The position numbers were made by a program, and so were the translations under genes. The notes beneath the pieces are model-generated. The model ran no database searches. It was not told where the DNA came from and saw only the letters and a list, made by a program, of their open reading frames with translations. Positions 28,363 through 38,798 of a stretch of 64,000 bases of DNA are shown one piece after another (within the stretch, counting starts at the first letter, position 1; every line of letters begins with the position of its first letter). Origin of the DNA: Ensifer sp. (GTDB taxonomy: Bacteria; Pseudomonadota; Alphaproteobacteria; Rhizobiales; Rhizobiaceae); the NCBI RefSeq assembly GCF_035999135.1, contig NZ_DASYGZ010000100.1:4883-68882 (forward strand), in the 5' to 3' direction.

Positions 28363-29385
28363 TCAAGGGGCCTGCGGCGGCGGCGCCGTGGATTCGCGCA
28401 GGATCAGTTCCACCGGCCAGAGTTCGTGCACCTCTTCGGCCGGTTTGCCTGACAGCAGCTGGAGCACCAGGTCGGCCGAGCGCACCCCGGCGGCACGCAT
28501 CGAGGAACGGGTCGCCGAGAGCGACGGCACCATGTTGTCCGCCGTCAGGTAGGGGAAAACGTCGTCATGGGCGATGACCGAGACCTCGCGACCGATCTCG
28601 AGGCCGATCGAGCGGGCCGCCCTGTAGATGCCGAGCGCCGTCATCATCGAGCCCGCGACGAAGGCGGTCGGGCGAGGGGTCTGCTCGAGGAAGGAGCGTG
28701 CGAAGCGGAAGCCGAGTTCGTCGGTGAAGTTGCCGTGGACGACCAGCCGCGGATCGAAGGGGATGCCGCGCGCCTCCAGCGCGTCGCGATAGCCCTTGTC
28801 GCGGTGAAGCGAAAACGTGCGACCCTGCCGGCCGTTGATCATGGCGATGCGGCGATGGCCGAGATCGATCAAATGCGAGGTCGCGCGGCGGATCGCACCT
28901 TCGTTGTCGATGTCGAGCCAGGCATGCGGCACGTCGATGTCGGAGCGGCCGTGGACCAGGAAGGGCATGCCGAGCTTGTGCAGAAGCGCGATGCGCTCAT
29001 CGTTCGGCTCGGGCGAATGCACGATTACGGCATCGACGCGGCCGCTGACGGCCAGCCGGCTGTAGAGCTGGATTTCGCCCGTCGGGTTCTTGTCGTCGAT
29101 CGGGCTGACGAGGATGTCGATGTCTTCGCTGCCGAGCCGTTCCGCCAGCCCCCCCATGAATTCGGAGAAATGAAACTCGCCCGACCGGCCCATGACGACG
29201 CCGATCGCGCCGGCGCGGCCGGTGACGAGGCGCACGGCGTTGATGTTGGGGCGATAACCGAGGCGTGCCGCCTCCTCGGTGACCCGCTTGCGCGTCTTTT
29301 CGCTGACCTCGGGATAGCCGCTCAGCGCGCGGCTGACGGTGGTCGGCGAAAGGCCCAGTTGCTGCGCGAACTCCCTAAGCTTCAT
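28363..29385 (-). CDS. thuR: LacI-family repressor of thu operon
   Basis: LSPTTVSRALSG HTH; divergent from thuE. Confidence 0.85.
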   Translation of the reverse strand: MKLREFAQQLGLSPTTVSRALSGYPEVSEKTRKRVTEEAARLGYRPNINAVRLVTGRAGAIGVVMGRSGEFHFSEFMGGLAERLGSEDIDILVSPIDDKNPTGEIQLYSRLAVSGRVDAVIVHSPEPNDERIALLHKLGMPFLVHGRSDIDVPHAWLDIDNEGAIRRATSHLIDLGHRRIAMINGRQGRTFSLHRDKGYRDALEARGIPFDPRLVVHGNFTDELGFRFARSFLEQTPRPTAFVAGSMMTALGIYRAARSIGLEIGREVSVIAHDDVFPYLTADNMVPSLSATRSSMRAAGVRSADLVLQLLSGKPAEEVHELWPVELILRESTAPPPQAP

Positions 29386-29498
29386 TCGATCTGCATATCC
29401 TCAACCTGGCCCGCTCCCAGAAATATACACCTTCCGGTGCCGTAACAATCGCTTTGTCGTGCGCGCCAACGGCGTCGGCTGCCTTGTTCGATTTAACC

Positions 29499-29508
29499 AA
29501 ACCGTTTT
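29499..29508. promoter_or_regulatory. LacI-type (ThuR) operator 1
   Basis: AAACCGTTTT (AAAnCGnTTT). Confidence 0.6.
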
Positions 29509-29683
29509 AAATTATGACATCGCCCCTTCGATTTTATGAGTTCTCACGTTTCGCAGCCGAATGGCCTCAGCGCAAACACACTCGTTGAAATATATAGATA
29601 TTTTCCAATTTTACACAGTCATAACCGGGTTTCCAGCAAGTGGATTGACAGATTTTATGTCTTCTGCCAACTTTTGGTCAGCC

Positions 29684-29693
29684 AAACCGTTTT
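29684..29693. promoter_or_regulatory. LacI-type (ThuR) operator 2, downstream of TTGACA at 29645
   Basis: Identical AAACCGTTTT core. Confidence 0.65.
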
Positions 29694-29745
29694 CGAATTT
29701 GCGGAGGAGCAATCGAGCGGTTGAGGGATGAGGAGGAGCCGAACC

Positions 29746-31008
29746 ATGAAAACCACGCTGAGTGTCTTAAGCTTTTGCGCCGCGATCGTTGCCGCCGATG
29801 CGGCAACCGCCGCCGAGATATCGCTGGCAGCCAACACGACGGGCAAGAACGTCAATTTCATCCGCGAGCAGCTCGACATCTTCGAGAAGCAGACGGGACA
29901 TAAGGTCAGCCTGGTCACCATGCCGCCGTCGAGCAGCGAACAGTTCAGCCAGTACCGGCTGTGGCTCGCCGCTGGAAACAAGGATGTCGACGTCTACCAG
30001 ACCGATGTCGTCTGGGCGCCGCAGCTGGCCGACCAGTTCGTCGATCTGAGCGAAGCGGCGAAGGACGTCGTCGGTCAGCACTTCCCCTCGATCATCGCCT
30101 CACAGACGGTCAATGGCCGCCTCGTGGCGCTGCCGGCCTTTACCGATGCACCGGCGCTCTATTACCGCAAGGACCTCCTCGAAAAATATGGCAAGACACC
30201 GCCGAAGACCTGGGACGAACTTGCCGCTGTCGCCAAGGAGATCCAGGAGAAGGAGCGGGCAGCCGGAAAGCCCGATCTCTGGGGCTATGTCTTCCAGGGC
30301 AACGCTTATGAAGGGCTGACCTGCAACGCGCTCGAGTGGATCAAGTCTTCCGGCGGCGGCCAGATCGTCGAGCCCGACGGCACGATCTCGATCAACAACG
30401 AGAAGGCGGCCGCGGCCATCGATCGCATCAAGGGCTGGATCGGTACGATCTCGCCACAGGGCGTGCTTGCCTATCAGGAAGAGGAATCGCGCGGCGTCTG
30501 GCAGACAGGCAATGCCGTGTTCATGCGCAACTGGCCCTATGCCTATGCGCTCGGCAATGGCGACGACAGTGCGGTCAAGGGCCAGTTTGCGGTCGCGCCG
30601 CTGCCGACTGCGACCGATGGCGACCTGCCATCTTCCACGCTCGGCGGCTGGAACCTTGCCGTATCCAAATACTCCGACGACCAGGACGCTGCGATCGCGC
30701 TTGCGAAGTTCCTTTCCTCGGCCGAGGTACAGAAGCGCCGGGCGATCGAGCTCTCGAACCTGCCGACGGTTGCCGCCCTTTACGACGATCCGGAGGTCGC
30801 CAAGGCCCAGCCGTTCATGCCAGCCTGGAAGCCGATCTTTGAAAGCGCCGTGCCGCGCCCGTCGGCCGTCACCAAGGTCAAGTACAACGAGGTCTCGGCC
30901 AAGTTCTGGGGTGCGGTCCACAATTCGCTTTCCGGCAACGGCACGGCGGCGGAAAACCTCGAGCTGCTGGAAATCGAACTCACCGAGATGAAGGGCGACA
31001 GCTGGTGA
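29746..31008 (+). CDS. thuE: Trehalose/maltose ABC substrate-binding protein
   Basis: Signal peptide, YEGLTCNALEW, FMRNWPYAY. Confidence 0.9.
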   Translation: MKTTLSVLSFCAAIVAADAATAAEISLAANTTGKNVNFIREQLDIFEKQTGHKVSLVTMPPSSSEQFSQYRLWLAAGNKDVDVYQTDVVWAPQLADQFVDLSEAAKDVVGQHFPSIIASQTVNGRLVALPAFTDAPALYYRKDLLEKYGKTPPKTWDELAAVAKEIQEKERAAGKPDLWGYVFQGNAYEGLTCNALEWIKSSGGGQIVEPDGTISINNEKAAAAIDRIKGWIGTISPQGVLAYQEEESRGVWQTGNAVFMRNWPYAYALGNGDDSAVKGQFAVAPLPTATDGDLPSSTLGGWNLAVSKYSDDQDAAIALAKFLSSAEVQKRRAIELSNLPTVAALYDDPEVAKAQPFMPAWKPIFESAVPRPSAVTKVKYNEVSAKFWGAVHNSLSGNGTAAENLELLEIELTEMKGDSW

Positions 31009-31112
31009 TCCTCCCGGGGGGCGAGGGGAGTGCCTGTCAGGCCTCCCTTCGCTCCACCTGATCAACCCGCATTCCTCTCCGATCAGCCACCGGCAGCGCG
31101 CCGAATGGAAGG

Positions 31113-32110
31113 GTGAGCACAGACATGACCGATCTTTCTCTCGCAGATCCGCCTTCCGCGCTCGGGCAGCAGACCCGGATCCGCTCCGACCTCAACGCCG
31201 AGCGGGTCCGCTCCGCCTGGATGTTTCTCGCGCCGACCCTTTTGGTGCTGGCGCTCGTCGCCGGCTGGCCGCTTGTTCGTACCGTCTATTTCAGCTTCAC
31301 CAACGCGTCGCTGACCAATCTCGAGGGTGCCGAGTTCGTCGGCTTCAAGAACTATTTTACCTGGATCACGCTGAAGAGCGGACGCACGGTCTATAACGGT
31401 CTGCTCGCCGATCCCGCCTGGTGGAACGCGGTCTGGAACACGCTGACGTTTTCAGCCCTTTCCGTCACCATCGAGACGGTGCTCGGGCTGATCGTCGCAC
31501 TGGTACTCAACGCCCATTTTCCGGGGCGCGGGCTGGTGCGTGCGGCGATCCTCATCCCCTGGGCGATCCCGACCATCGTCTCGGCCAAGATGTGGGCCTG
31601 GATGCTCAACGACCAGTTCGGCATCCTGAACGACCTGTTGCTCGGCCTTGGCCTCATCAGCCACAAGATCGCCTGGACGGCCAATCCGGAGACGGCGATG
31701 GTCGCGGTTTTGATCGTCGACGTCTGGAAGACGACGCCCTTCATGGCATTGCTCATACTTGCGGGCCTGCAGATGGTGCCGACGGATATCTACGAGGCGG
31801 CCAAGATCGATGGCGTCCATCCGCTAAAAGTCTTCTGGCGCTTGACGTTGCCCTTGATCCGACCGGCGCTGATGGTCGCCGTGATCTTCCGCATGCTCGA
31901 TGCGCTGCGTATCTTCGACCTGATCTACGTGCTGACGCCCAACAATTCCCAGACCAAGACCATGTCGGTGCTGGCGCGCGAGAACCTCTTCGACTTCGAC
32001 AAGTTCGCCTATGGCGCCACCGCCTCGACGATGCTGTTCCTGATCATCGCGGCGATCACCGTCGCCTACATGTGGTTCGGCCGCGTCAATCTCGAGGGGG
32101 GAGAGCGCTG

Positions 32111-32111
<1 letters not shown>
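31113..32111 (+). CDS. thuF: Trehalose/maltose ABC permease
   Basis: YEAAKIDG, DALRIFD; start 31113 or 31125. Confidence 0.88.
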
Positions 32112-32938
<827 letters not shown>

Positions 32939-32941
<3 letters not shown>

Positions 32942-32990
32942 AGCGGGATGAGGAAAAGTGTGCACGGTTTTCCGCCCGCATCCCGCTCCA
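32939..32990. repeat. RIME-like palindrome (first module only) starting at thuG stop codon
   Basis: TAGAGCGGGATGAGGAAAAGTGTGCACGGTTTTCCGCCCGCATCCCGCTCCA. Confidence 0.85.
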
Positions 32991-33015
32991 ATCTCGTGGA
33001 ATCGAGGAGAGAAAC

Positions 33016-34044
33016 ATGACTGAGCTTCAATTGCGCAACGTGCGTAAATCGTTCGGCGCCTTCGAGGTGATCAAGGGTGTCAGCATGGACATCCGGGCCG
33101 GCGAGTTCATGGTCTTTGTCGGACCGTCGGGCTGCGGCAAGTCCACGCTGCTGCGGCTGATCGCCGGGCTCGAAGAGATCACGACGGGCACGCTTTCCTT
33201 CGACGGGCAGGTGGTCAACCAACTGACGCCGTCGAAGCGCGGCATCGCGATGGTGTTCCAGTCCTATGCGCTTTACCCGCACATGACGGTGTTCGAGAAC
33301 ATGTCCTTCGGCATGCAGCTTGCCGGCAAGGACAAGGAGCAGTGCAGGAAAAGGGTCGAGGCGGCGGCCGAGATGCTGCAATTGACCCCCTATCTCCAGC
33401 GCCTGCCGCGCCAGCTTTCCGGTGGCCAGCGGCAGCGCGTGGCGATCGGCAGGGCGATCGTGCGCGATCCCAAGGTCTTTCTCTTCGACGAGCCGCTTTC
33501 CAACCTCGACGCAGCGCTTCGCGTCGCGACCCGCATCGAGATCGCCAAGCTGCATCGCAGCATGCACAAGACGACGATGATCTATGTCACTCACGACCAG
33601 GTCGAGGCGATGACACTGGCCGATCGCATTTGCGTGCTACGGGATGGCGTGGTCGAACAGATCGGCACGCCGCTCGAACTCTACGAGAGCCCAAATTCGG
33701 TGTTTGTTGCCGGTTTTATCGGCTCGCCGAAGATGAATTTTCTGACCGGCGCACTTGCCTCATCTTATGATGCCCACACGATCGGCATTCGCGCCGAGCA
33801 TCTGGAGATCCGGGCGGTAGACGGCAGGTGGTCGGGAACGGTGGTGCATTCCGAGATGCTCGGGTCCGACAGCTACATCTATCTCGATATCGGCGCCGGC
33901 GAACCGGTCATTGTCCGGGAAGGCGGCACGTCGCGTCACCGGCCGGGCGAGACGGTTCAGATCTCGCCGGTCGGCGACAACATCCACCGCTTCGGTGCTT
34001 CGGGACAGGCGCTTGGCCGCGCCCCCATGAGAGGAGCGGCCTGA
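33016..34044 (+). CDS. thuK: Trehalose/maltose ABC ATPase
   Basis: [20 protein letters not shown]. Confidence 0.9.
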   Translation: MTELQLRNVRKSFGAFEVIKGVSMDIRAGEFMVFVGPSGCGKSTLLRLIAGLEEITTGTLSFDGQVVNQLTPSKRGIAMVFQSYALYPHMTVFENMSFGMQLAGKDKEQCRKRVEAAAEMLQLTPYLQRLPRQLSGGQRQRVAIGRAIVRDPKVFLFDEPLSNLDAALRVATRIEIAKLHRSMHKTTMIYVTHDQVEAMTLADRICVLRDGVVEQIGTPLELYESPNSVFVAGFIGSPKMNFLTGALASSYDAHTIGIRAEHLEIRAVDGRWSGTVVHSEMLGSDSYIYLDIGAGEPVIVREGGTSRHRPGETVQISPVGDNIHRFGASGQALGRAPMRGAA

Positions 34045-34148
34045 CCGGCCATCCCCTTAACGAGCGGTTTAACTTCGGGGTCGCCAGTTCGTGGCGGCCC
34101 CATCCATCGTAAGAGCACATGCCCGAAAGGGCGGAACACCCAAGGAGT

Positions 34149-34940
34149 ATGACCGTGCCTATCAGAACAGTTGTTTGGGGCGAGAACATCCACGAGCAGA
34201 CCAACGAGATCGTCCGCAGCATCTACCCGAATGGGATGCACAACACGATCGCGGCGGCGCTGAACACCGAAGGCGGCATCGAGGCGACGACGGCGACACT
34301 GCAGGAGCCGGAGCATGGCTTGAGCGTCGAGCGTCTCGCCAATACCGACGTGCTTTTGTGGTGGGGCCACAAGGACCATGGCGCCGTCAGTGACGAGATC
34401 GTCGAGCGGGTTGCCAAGCGTGTCTGGGAGGGCATGGGCCTGATCGTGCTGCATTCCGGCCATTTCTCCAAGATCTTCAAGCGCCTGATGGGCACCCCTT
34501 GCGCGCTGAAGTGGCGCGAGGCCGGCGAGCGTGAGCGCGTCTGGGCGATAAACCCGCGCCACCCGATCGCCGAAGGCATCGACGAGAATTTCGTGCTCGA
34601 AAACGAAGAGATGTACGGCGAGCAGTTCTCGGTGCCGGAGCCGCTCGAAACCGTGTTCATCTCGTGGTTTGCCGGTGGCGAAGTGTTCCGTTCGGGTCTC
34701 ACCTGGCGCCGCGGCGCGGGCAACATCTTCTACTTCCGTCCGGGCCATGAAACCTACCCGACCTATCATGACGCAAACGTCCAGAAGGTGCTGCGCAACT
34801 CGGTGAAGTGGGCTTACAACGCCGACAACCGCTATACGGCGATCCACGATGCGCCGAACGTGCCAGTCGAAAAGGCGCTGGAGCCGATCGTCGAGCGTGG
34901 CCCGCGGCTGCACCAGGCCGGCGAAGCAGGATACAGGTGA
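34149..34940 (+). CDS. thuA: Trehalose utilisation protein ThuA
   Basis: [27 protein letters not shown]. Confidence 0.93.
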   Translation: MTVPIRTVVWGENIHEQTNEIVRSIYPNGMHNTIAAALNTEGGIEATTATLQEPEHGLSVERLANTDVLLWWGHKDHGAVSDEIVERVAKRVWEGMGLIVLHSGHFSKIFKRLMGTPCALKWREAGERERVWAINPRHPIAEGIDENFVLENEEMYGEQFSVPEPLETVFISWFAGGEVFRSGLTWRRGAGNIFYFRPGHETYPTYHDANVQKVLRNSVKWAYNADNRYTAIHDAPNVPVEKALEPIVERGPRLHQAGEAGYR

Positions 34941-34945
34941 GCATC

Positions 34946-35989
34946 ATGCGTCTTCTTGTTGTTGGAACCGGCGGCATGGCGAACAGCCATGCTCAGGCCT
35001 TTGCCAAGATCGACGGCGTCGACATGGTCGGCGCCGTCGATGTGGATCCCAAGCGTGCAGAGGCCTTCGCCGAAAAGCACGGCATCGCCAACGCCTTCAC
35101 CTCGCTCGACGAGGCGATCGCCTGGGGCAAGTTCGATGCGGCGACGAACGTGACGCCTGACAAGGCGCACCACCCGACGACGCTCGCTCTCATCGCCGCC
35201 GGCAAGCACGTGCTTTGCGAGAAGCCGCTTGCCGAGAACTACGCCAAGGCGGCGGAGATGGCTGATGCCGCCGAGCGTTCCGGCCTGGTGACGATGGTGA
35301 ACCTCACCTACCGCAACGTCGCGCCTTTGCAGAAGGCACGGGCGATGGTGCTTGCCGGCGATGTCGGCAAGCTGCGTCATCTCGAGGCGTCCTACCTGCA
35401 GAGCTGGCTCGTCTCGAAGGCCTGGGGCGACTGGGCGACGGAATCGCAATGGCTCTGGCGCCTCTCGACCAAACACGGCTCAAACGGCGTGCTCGGCGAT
35501 GTCGGCATCCATATCCTCGACTTTGCCGGCTACGGCGCCGGGACCGATGCGTCGCGCGTTTTCGCGCGGCTGAAAACCTTCGACAAGGCGCCCGGCAACC
35601 GCATCGGCGAATACGACCTCGACGCCAATGACAGCTTCGTCATGACGGCGGAGTTCGGCAACGGCGCGATGGGCGTCGTCCACGCCAGCCGCTGGGCGAC
35701 CGGGCATCTGAACGAATTGCGTCTGCGGCTCCATGGCGACAAGGGCGCGCTCGAAGTTGTGCACACGCCCGATGGCTCGACGCTGCGCGCCTGCCTCGGC
35801 GCCGATGTCGAAAAGGCGACCTGGCGCGACGTCGATGCAGGCACCGTTCCGACAAACTACCAGCGTTTCGTCGCCGCCGTGCGCAAGGGCAAGACCGAGG
35901 AGCCCGGGTTCCGTCACGCGGCGAACCTGCAGAAGGTGCTCGACCTCGCGATGGTGACGGAAGCCGAGCGGCGCGAGCTGCCCGTGTAG
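34946..35989 (+). CDS. thuB: Gfo/Idh/MocA oxidoreductase ThuB
   Basis: VGTGGMA, HVLCEKP, GDVGIH; follows thuA. Confidence 0.85.
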   Translation: MRLLVVGTGGMANSHAQAFAKIDGVDMVGAVDVDPKRAEAFAEKHGIANAFTSLDEAIAWGKFDAATNVTPDKAHHPTTLALIAAGKHVLCEKPLAENYAKAAEMADAAERSGLVTMVNLTYRNVAPLQKARAMVLAGDVGKLRHLEASYLQSWLVSKAWGDWATESQWLWRLSTKHGSNGVLGDVGIHILDFAGYGAGTDASRVFARLKTFDKAPGNRIGEYDLDANDSFVMTAEFGNGAMGVVHASRWATGHLNELRLRLHGDKGALEVVHTPDGSTLRACLGADVEKATWRDVDAGTVPTNYQRFVAAVRKGKTEEPGFRHAANLQKVLDLAMVTEAERRELPV

Positions 35990-36085
35990 GGCGTCCTGCC
36001 TTCGCGTCGGATCACTTCAGGGCAACAGGGACGCTCTAGATGCTAGAGCGTCCCTGTTGCGTTTCAACGAACTCACGCCGCCCTA
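35987..36085. repeat. Two tandem TAG...CTA-bounded palindromic elements forming an 18-bp perfect hairpin at their junction
   Basis: 35987-36038 and 36044-36085; GCAACAGGGACGCTCTAG-ATG-CTAGAGCGTCCCTGTTGC at 36022-36060. Confidence 0.7.
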
Positions 36086-37402
36086 GCGGTAATGACGGTC
36101 GGGGATGTTGCTTTTGGCAGCTCCCCCGCTTTCCGGCGGAACCCAGGGGGTGACCGAGCCGACGGTGTTTTCCATCGATTGACCCAGACGCTGCAACTGC
36201 CCATCGTAATTCCTGCGGGTGTTGGGATCGAAGATCATGATCGGCGTTGAAACCGCAAGGCTCGCAGCATTGCCCACCGTCTGCGTGGCGCCGAGCGTGA
36301 CGGCGCCGATGCGTTCGCCGAGCCCGACATCGGAATCGGTCACCGTCTGTCCGGCGATCAGCCGGTTGCCGAGCAGGCGCACGACCTCGGGGCTTTCTGC
36401 GAATTTGCCATGGTTCAGCTTGTCGCCGCCCTTCAGCGCCGTCAGGTCGATGACGCTGATGCCGGCCTGTTCCAGCTGCGTGCGATAGGGTTCGGCGGTC
36501 GGATCGATCTGGCCAAGCCGGTCGACATTGCCGGAAATGCGCCTCGACAAGGTCAGCGCCCGGTCGTCGCGCGATACGAACAGCGTGAATTTCGGCCGCT
36601 TCGTACCCATGGCGCGGATCTGCTGGCCGAAGACGTCGACGTCGAGATCGGGCGACGCGAGGATGACGTCGGTGATCTTCGGCGCAATGCGGCCGTCGCG
36701 GATCGCCATCTGGCGCAGCGCCTCGACCGTGACCCACGAGCCCATGGAATGGGCCATGACCGTGATCTCGCCGACCTCAGGATTGCTTGACGCGCGCCGA
36801 AGCAGCTCCTCCAGCGCATCGCGCGAATAGTTGGTGCTTTCCTTGTCGTAATTGTAGTCGAAGATGCTGGCGCGCGAGGGCCAGGTGAAGATGACTGGTG
36901 CGACGTCGGTGCCGCTGTCGTGCACGATCTGGGCAAAACGATAGACGGCGTCCTCGTAGCGGTTGTTGAAGCCATGAACGAAGATCAGCACGCGCCGGGT
37001 CTTCGGCAGATGACCTTTCACCCAATTCTGGACGTCGTTGCCCTCATGGAGCGGCGTGACGCTGACGGTGGAAAAATCGCGCTCCGGATTGGCCGGGAGC
37101 TTCGTTGGCCATTGCACCTGGCCGACCTTGCGGTTTTTCTCCGGGGGAATCGAGACGGCGATTTCCGTCAGCGAAAGCTCGGCCGAGCGTTCGCCGCTGA
37201 AAAGCACGCCAGGCTCTGGGGAGGGAGCACGGGTGGTGGCCACCAGCAGGTCGACCTTGGAGGCTCCACCTGTCGTGCCCGAGGGCACGAGAACGCCAAC
37301 GGGGCGGCCGGCACAGGCCGCAAGGGTAGCCGCCAGGAGCAGCGTCGCGGCGACGCGGACCCAGCGCCCCTTCGAGCCCGCGATAGAAAACGAACGCACC
37401 AC
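36083..37402 (-). CDS. DUF900-type alpha/beta hydrolase lipoprotein
   Basis: LAAC lipobox, FVHGFNN, AHSMG nucleophile elbow. Confidence 0.88.
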   Translation of the reverse strand: MVRSFSIAGSKGRWVRVAATLLLAATLAACAGRPVGVLVPSGTTGGASKVDLLVATTRAPSPEPGVLFSGERSAELSLTEIAVSIPPEKNRKVGQVQWPTKLPANPERDFSTVSVTPLHEGNDVQNWVKGHLPKTRRVLIFVHGFNNRYEDAVYRFAQIVHDSGTDVAPVIFTWPSRASIFDYNYDKESTNYSRDALEELLRRASSNPEVGEITVMAHSMGSWVTVEALRQMAIRDGRIAPKITDVILASPDLDVDVFGQQIRAMGTKRPKFTLFVSRDDRALTLSRRISGNVDRLGQIDPTAEPYRTQLEQAGISVIDLTALKGGDKLNHGKFAESPEVVRLLGNRLIAGQTVTDSDVGLGERIGAVTLGATQTVGNAASLAVSTPIMIFDPNTRRNYDGQLQRLGQSMENTVGSVTPWVPPESGGAAKSNIPDRHYR

Positions 37403-37696
37403 CGACCTCCCTATGCCGCATCATGCAGCGCGATGTCCGACCACGGACCTCGTCATCTCCTTGCATCAGAAACGTCGGATTTTCATCCCTCGGCATGCGT
37501 TCGAAGCGTGGTGCCGCCCCGTTTGCCGGCGGCTATGCGGCAATCATGCAACATTTCGCTACAGGCAGGCCTGGGTAAAACCCCCGGATATTCATTGAAA
37601 AGGCTTTGGGCTTTCACTAGCATCGCGACGACTTCTCTCAGGTGTCGTCCAAGATGACGCATCCGATCTCCCTGAAATGAAAAAGGAAATTCAGGA

Positions 37697-38752
37697 ATGC
37701 AGGCGGTTTTCGATGGCCACAACGACGTGCTTCTGCGCCTGTGGCAGAACGCCCGAAAGGGCGGCGATCCGGTGCGCGAATTCGTCGACGGCATCGACCA
37801 GGGCCACATCGATGCGCCGCGCGCCAAGGCGGGCGGTCTCGTCGGCGGCCTCTCGGCGATCTACGTTCCCTCAGGCGATCTGATCCTGCAGCCGCCGGAC
37901 GAAAACGGCTATTACCAGACGCCGCTTTCAGCGCCGCTCGAGCACCTGCCGTCGCTCGCGATCGCAATCGAACTTGCGGACATCGCCGTGCGGCTGGATC
38001 AGGCCGGCGCCTGGAAACTCTGCCGCTCGACCGCCGAGATCCGCAAGGCGGTCGAGAAGGGCGTCTTTGCTTCCGTGCTGCACATGGAAGGCTGCGAAGC
38101 GATCGGCGCCGATTTGTCGTCGCTCGAGACCTTTTATGCCGCCGGCCTCAGGTCACTCGGACCCGTCTGGAGCCGGCACAACGTCTTCGGTCACGGCGTG
38201 CCTTTCTCCTACCCGATGTCGCCGGACACGGCGCCGGGGCTGACCGATGCCGGTTTCGAGCTCGTGAAGGCCTGCAATCGCCTCGGCATCCTGATCGATC
38301 TCGCGCACATCACCGAGAAAGGCTTCTGGGACGTGGCAAAGACCACCGACCAGCCGCTGGTCGCCAGCCATTCGAACGCGCATGCGCTGACGCCGGTCGC
38401 GCGCAACCTGACCGACAAGCAGCTCGACGCCGTCAGGGAAAGCAAGGGTCTCGTCGGCCTCAACTACGCGACGACGATGCTGCGTGCCGATGGCCAGGAA
38501 AGCGCGGCAACGCCGCTTTCCGACATGGTTCGCCACGTCGACTACCTGGTCGAGCGCATGGGCATCGATTGCGTCGGGCTCGGTTCGGATTTCGACGGTG
38601 CGACGATCCCCGAGGAGATCGGCGACGCTGGCGGCAATCAGGCGCTCGTTGCAGCGCTTCGGAGCGCCGGATATGGTGACGCCGAACTGGCGAAGATATG
38701 CCGGGAGAACTGGTGGAGAGTTCTGGGACAGGCTTGGCACGAAGCCGCCTGA
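37697..38752 (+). CDS. Membrane dipeptidase (M19)
   Basis: FDGHND, HMEG, IDLAH, SHSN, GSDFDG. Confidence 0.92.
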   Translation: MQAVFDGHNDVLLRLWQNARKGGDPVREFVDGIDQGHIDAPRAKAGGLVGGLSAIYVPSGDLILQPPDENGYYQTPLSAPLEHLPSLAIAIELADIAVRLDQAGAWKLCRSTAEIRKAVEKGVFASVLHMEGCEAIGADLSSLETFYAAGLRSLGPVWSRHNVFGHGVPFSYPMSPDTAPGLTDAGFELVKACNRLGILIDLAHITEKGFWDVAKTTDQPLVASHSNAHALTPVARNLTDKQLDAVRESKGLVGLNYATTMLRADGQESAATPLSDMVRHVDYLVERMGIDCVGLGSDFDGATIPEEIGDAGGNQALVAALRSAGYGDAELAKICRENWWRVLGQAWHEAA

Positions 38753-38798
38753 ATCATGAAGAAGAGCCCGTAAGGGGCATAACGAGGGAACTGCAAAA

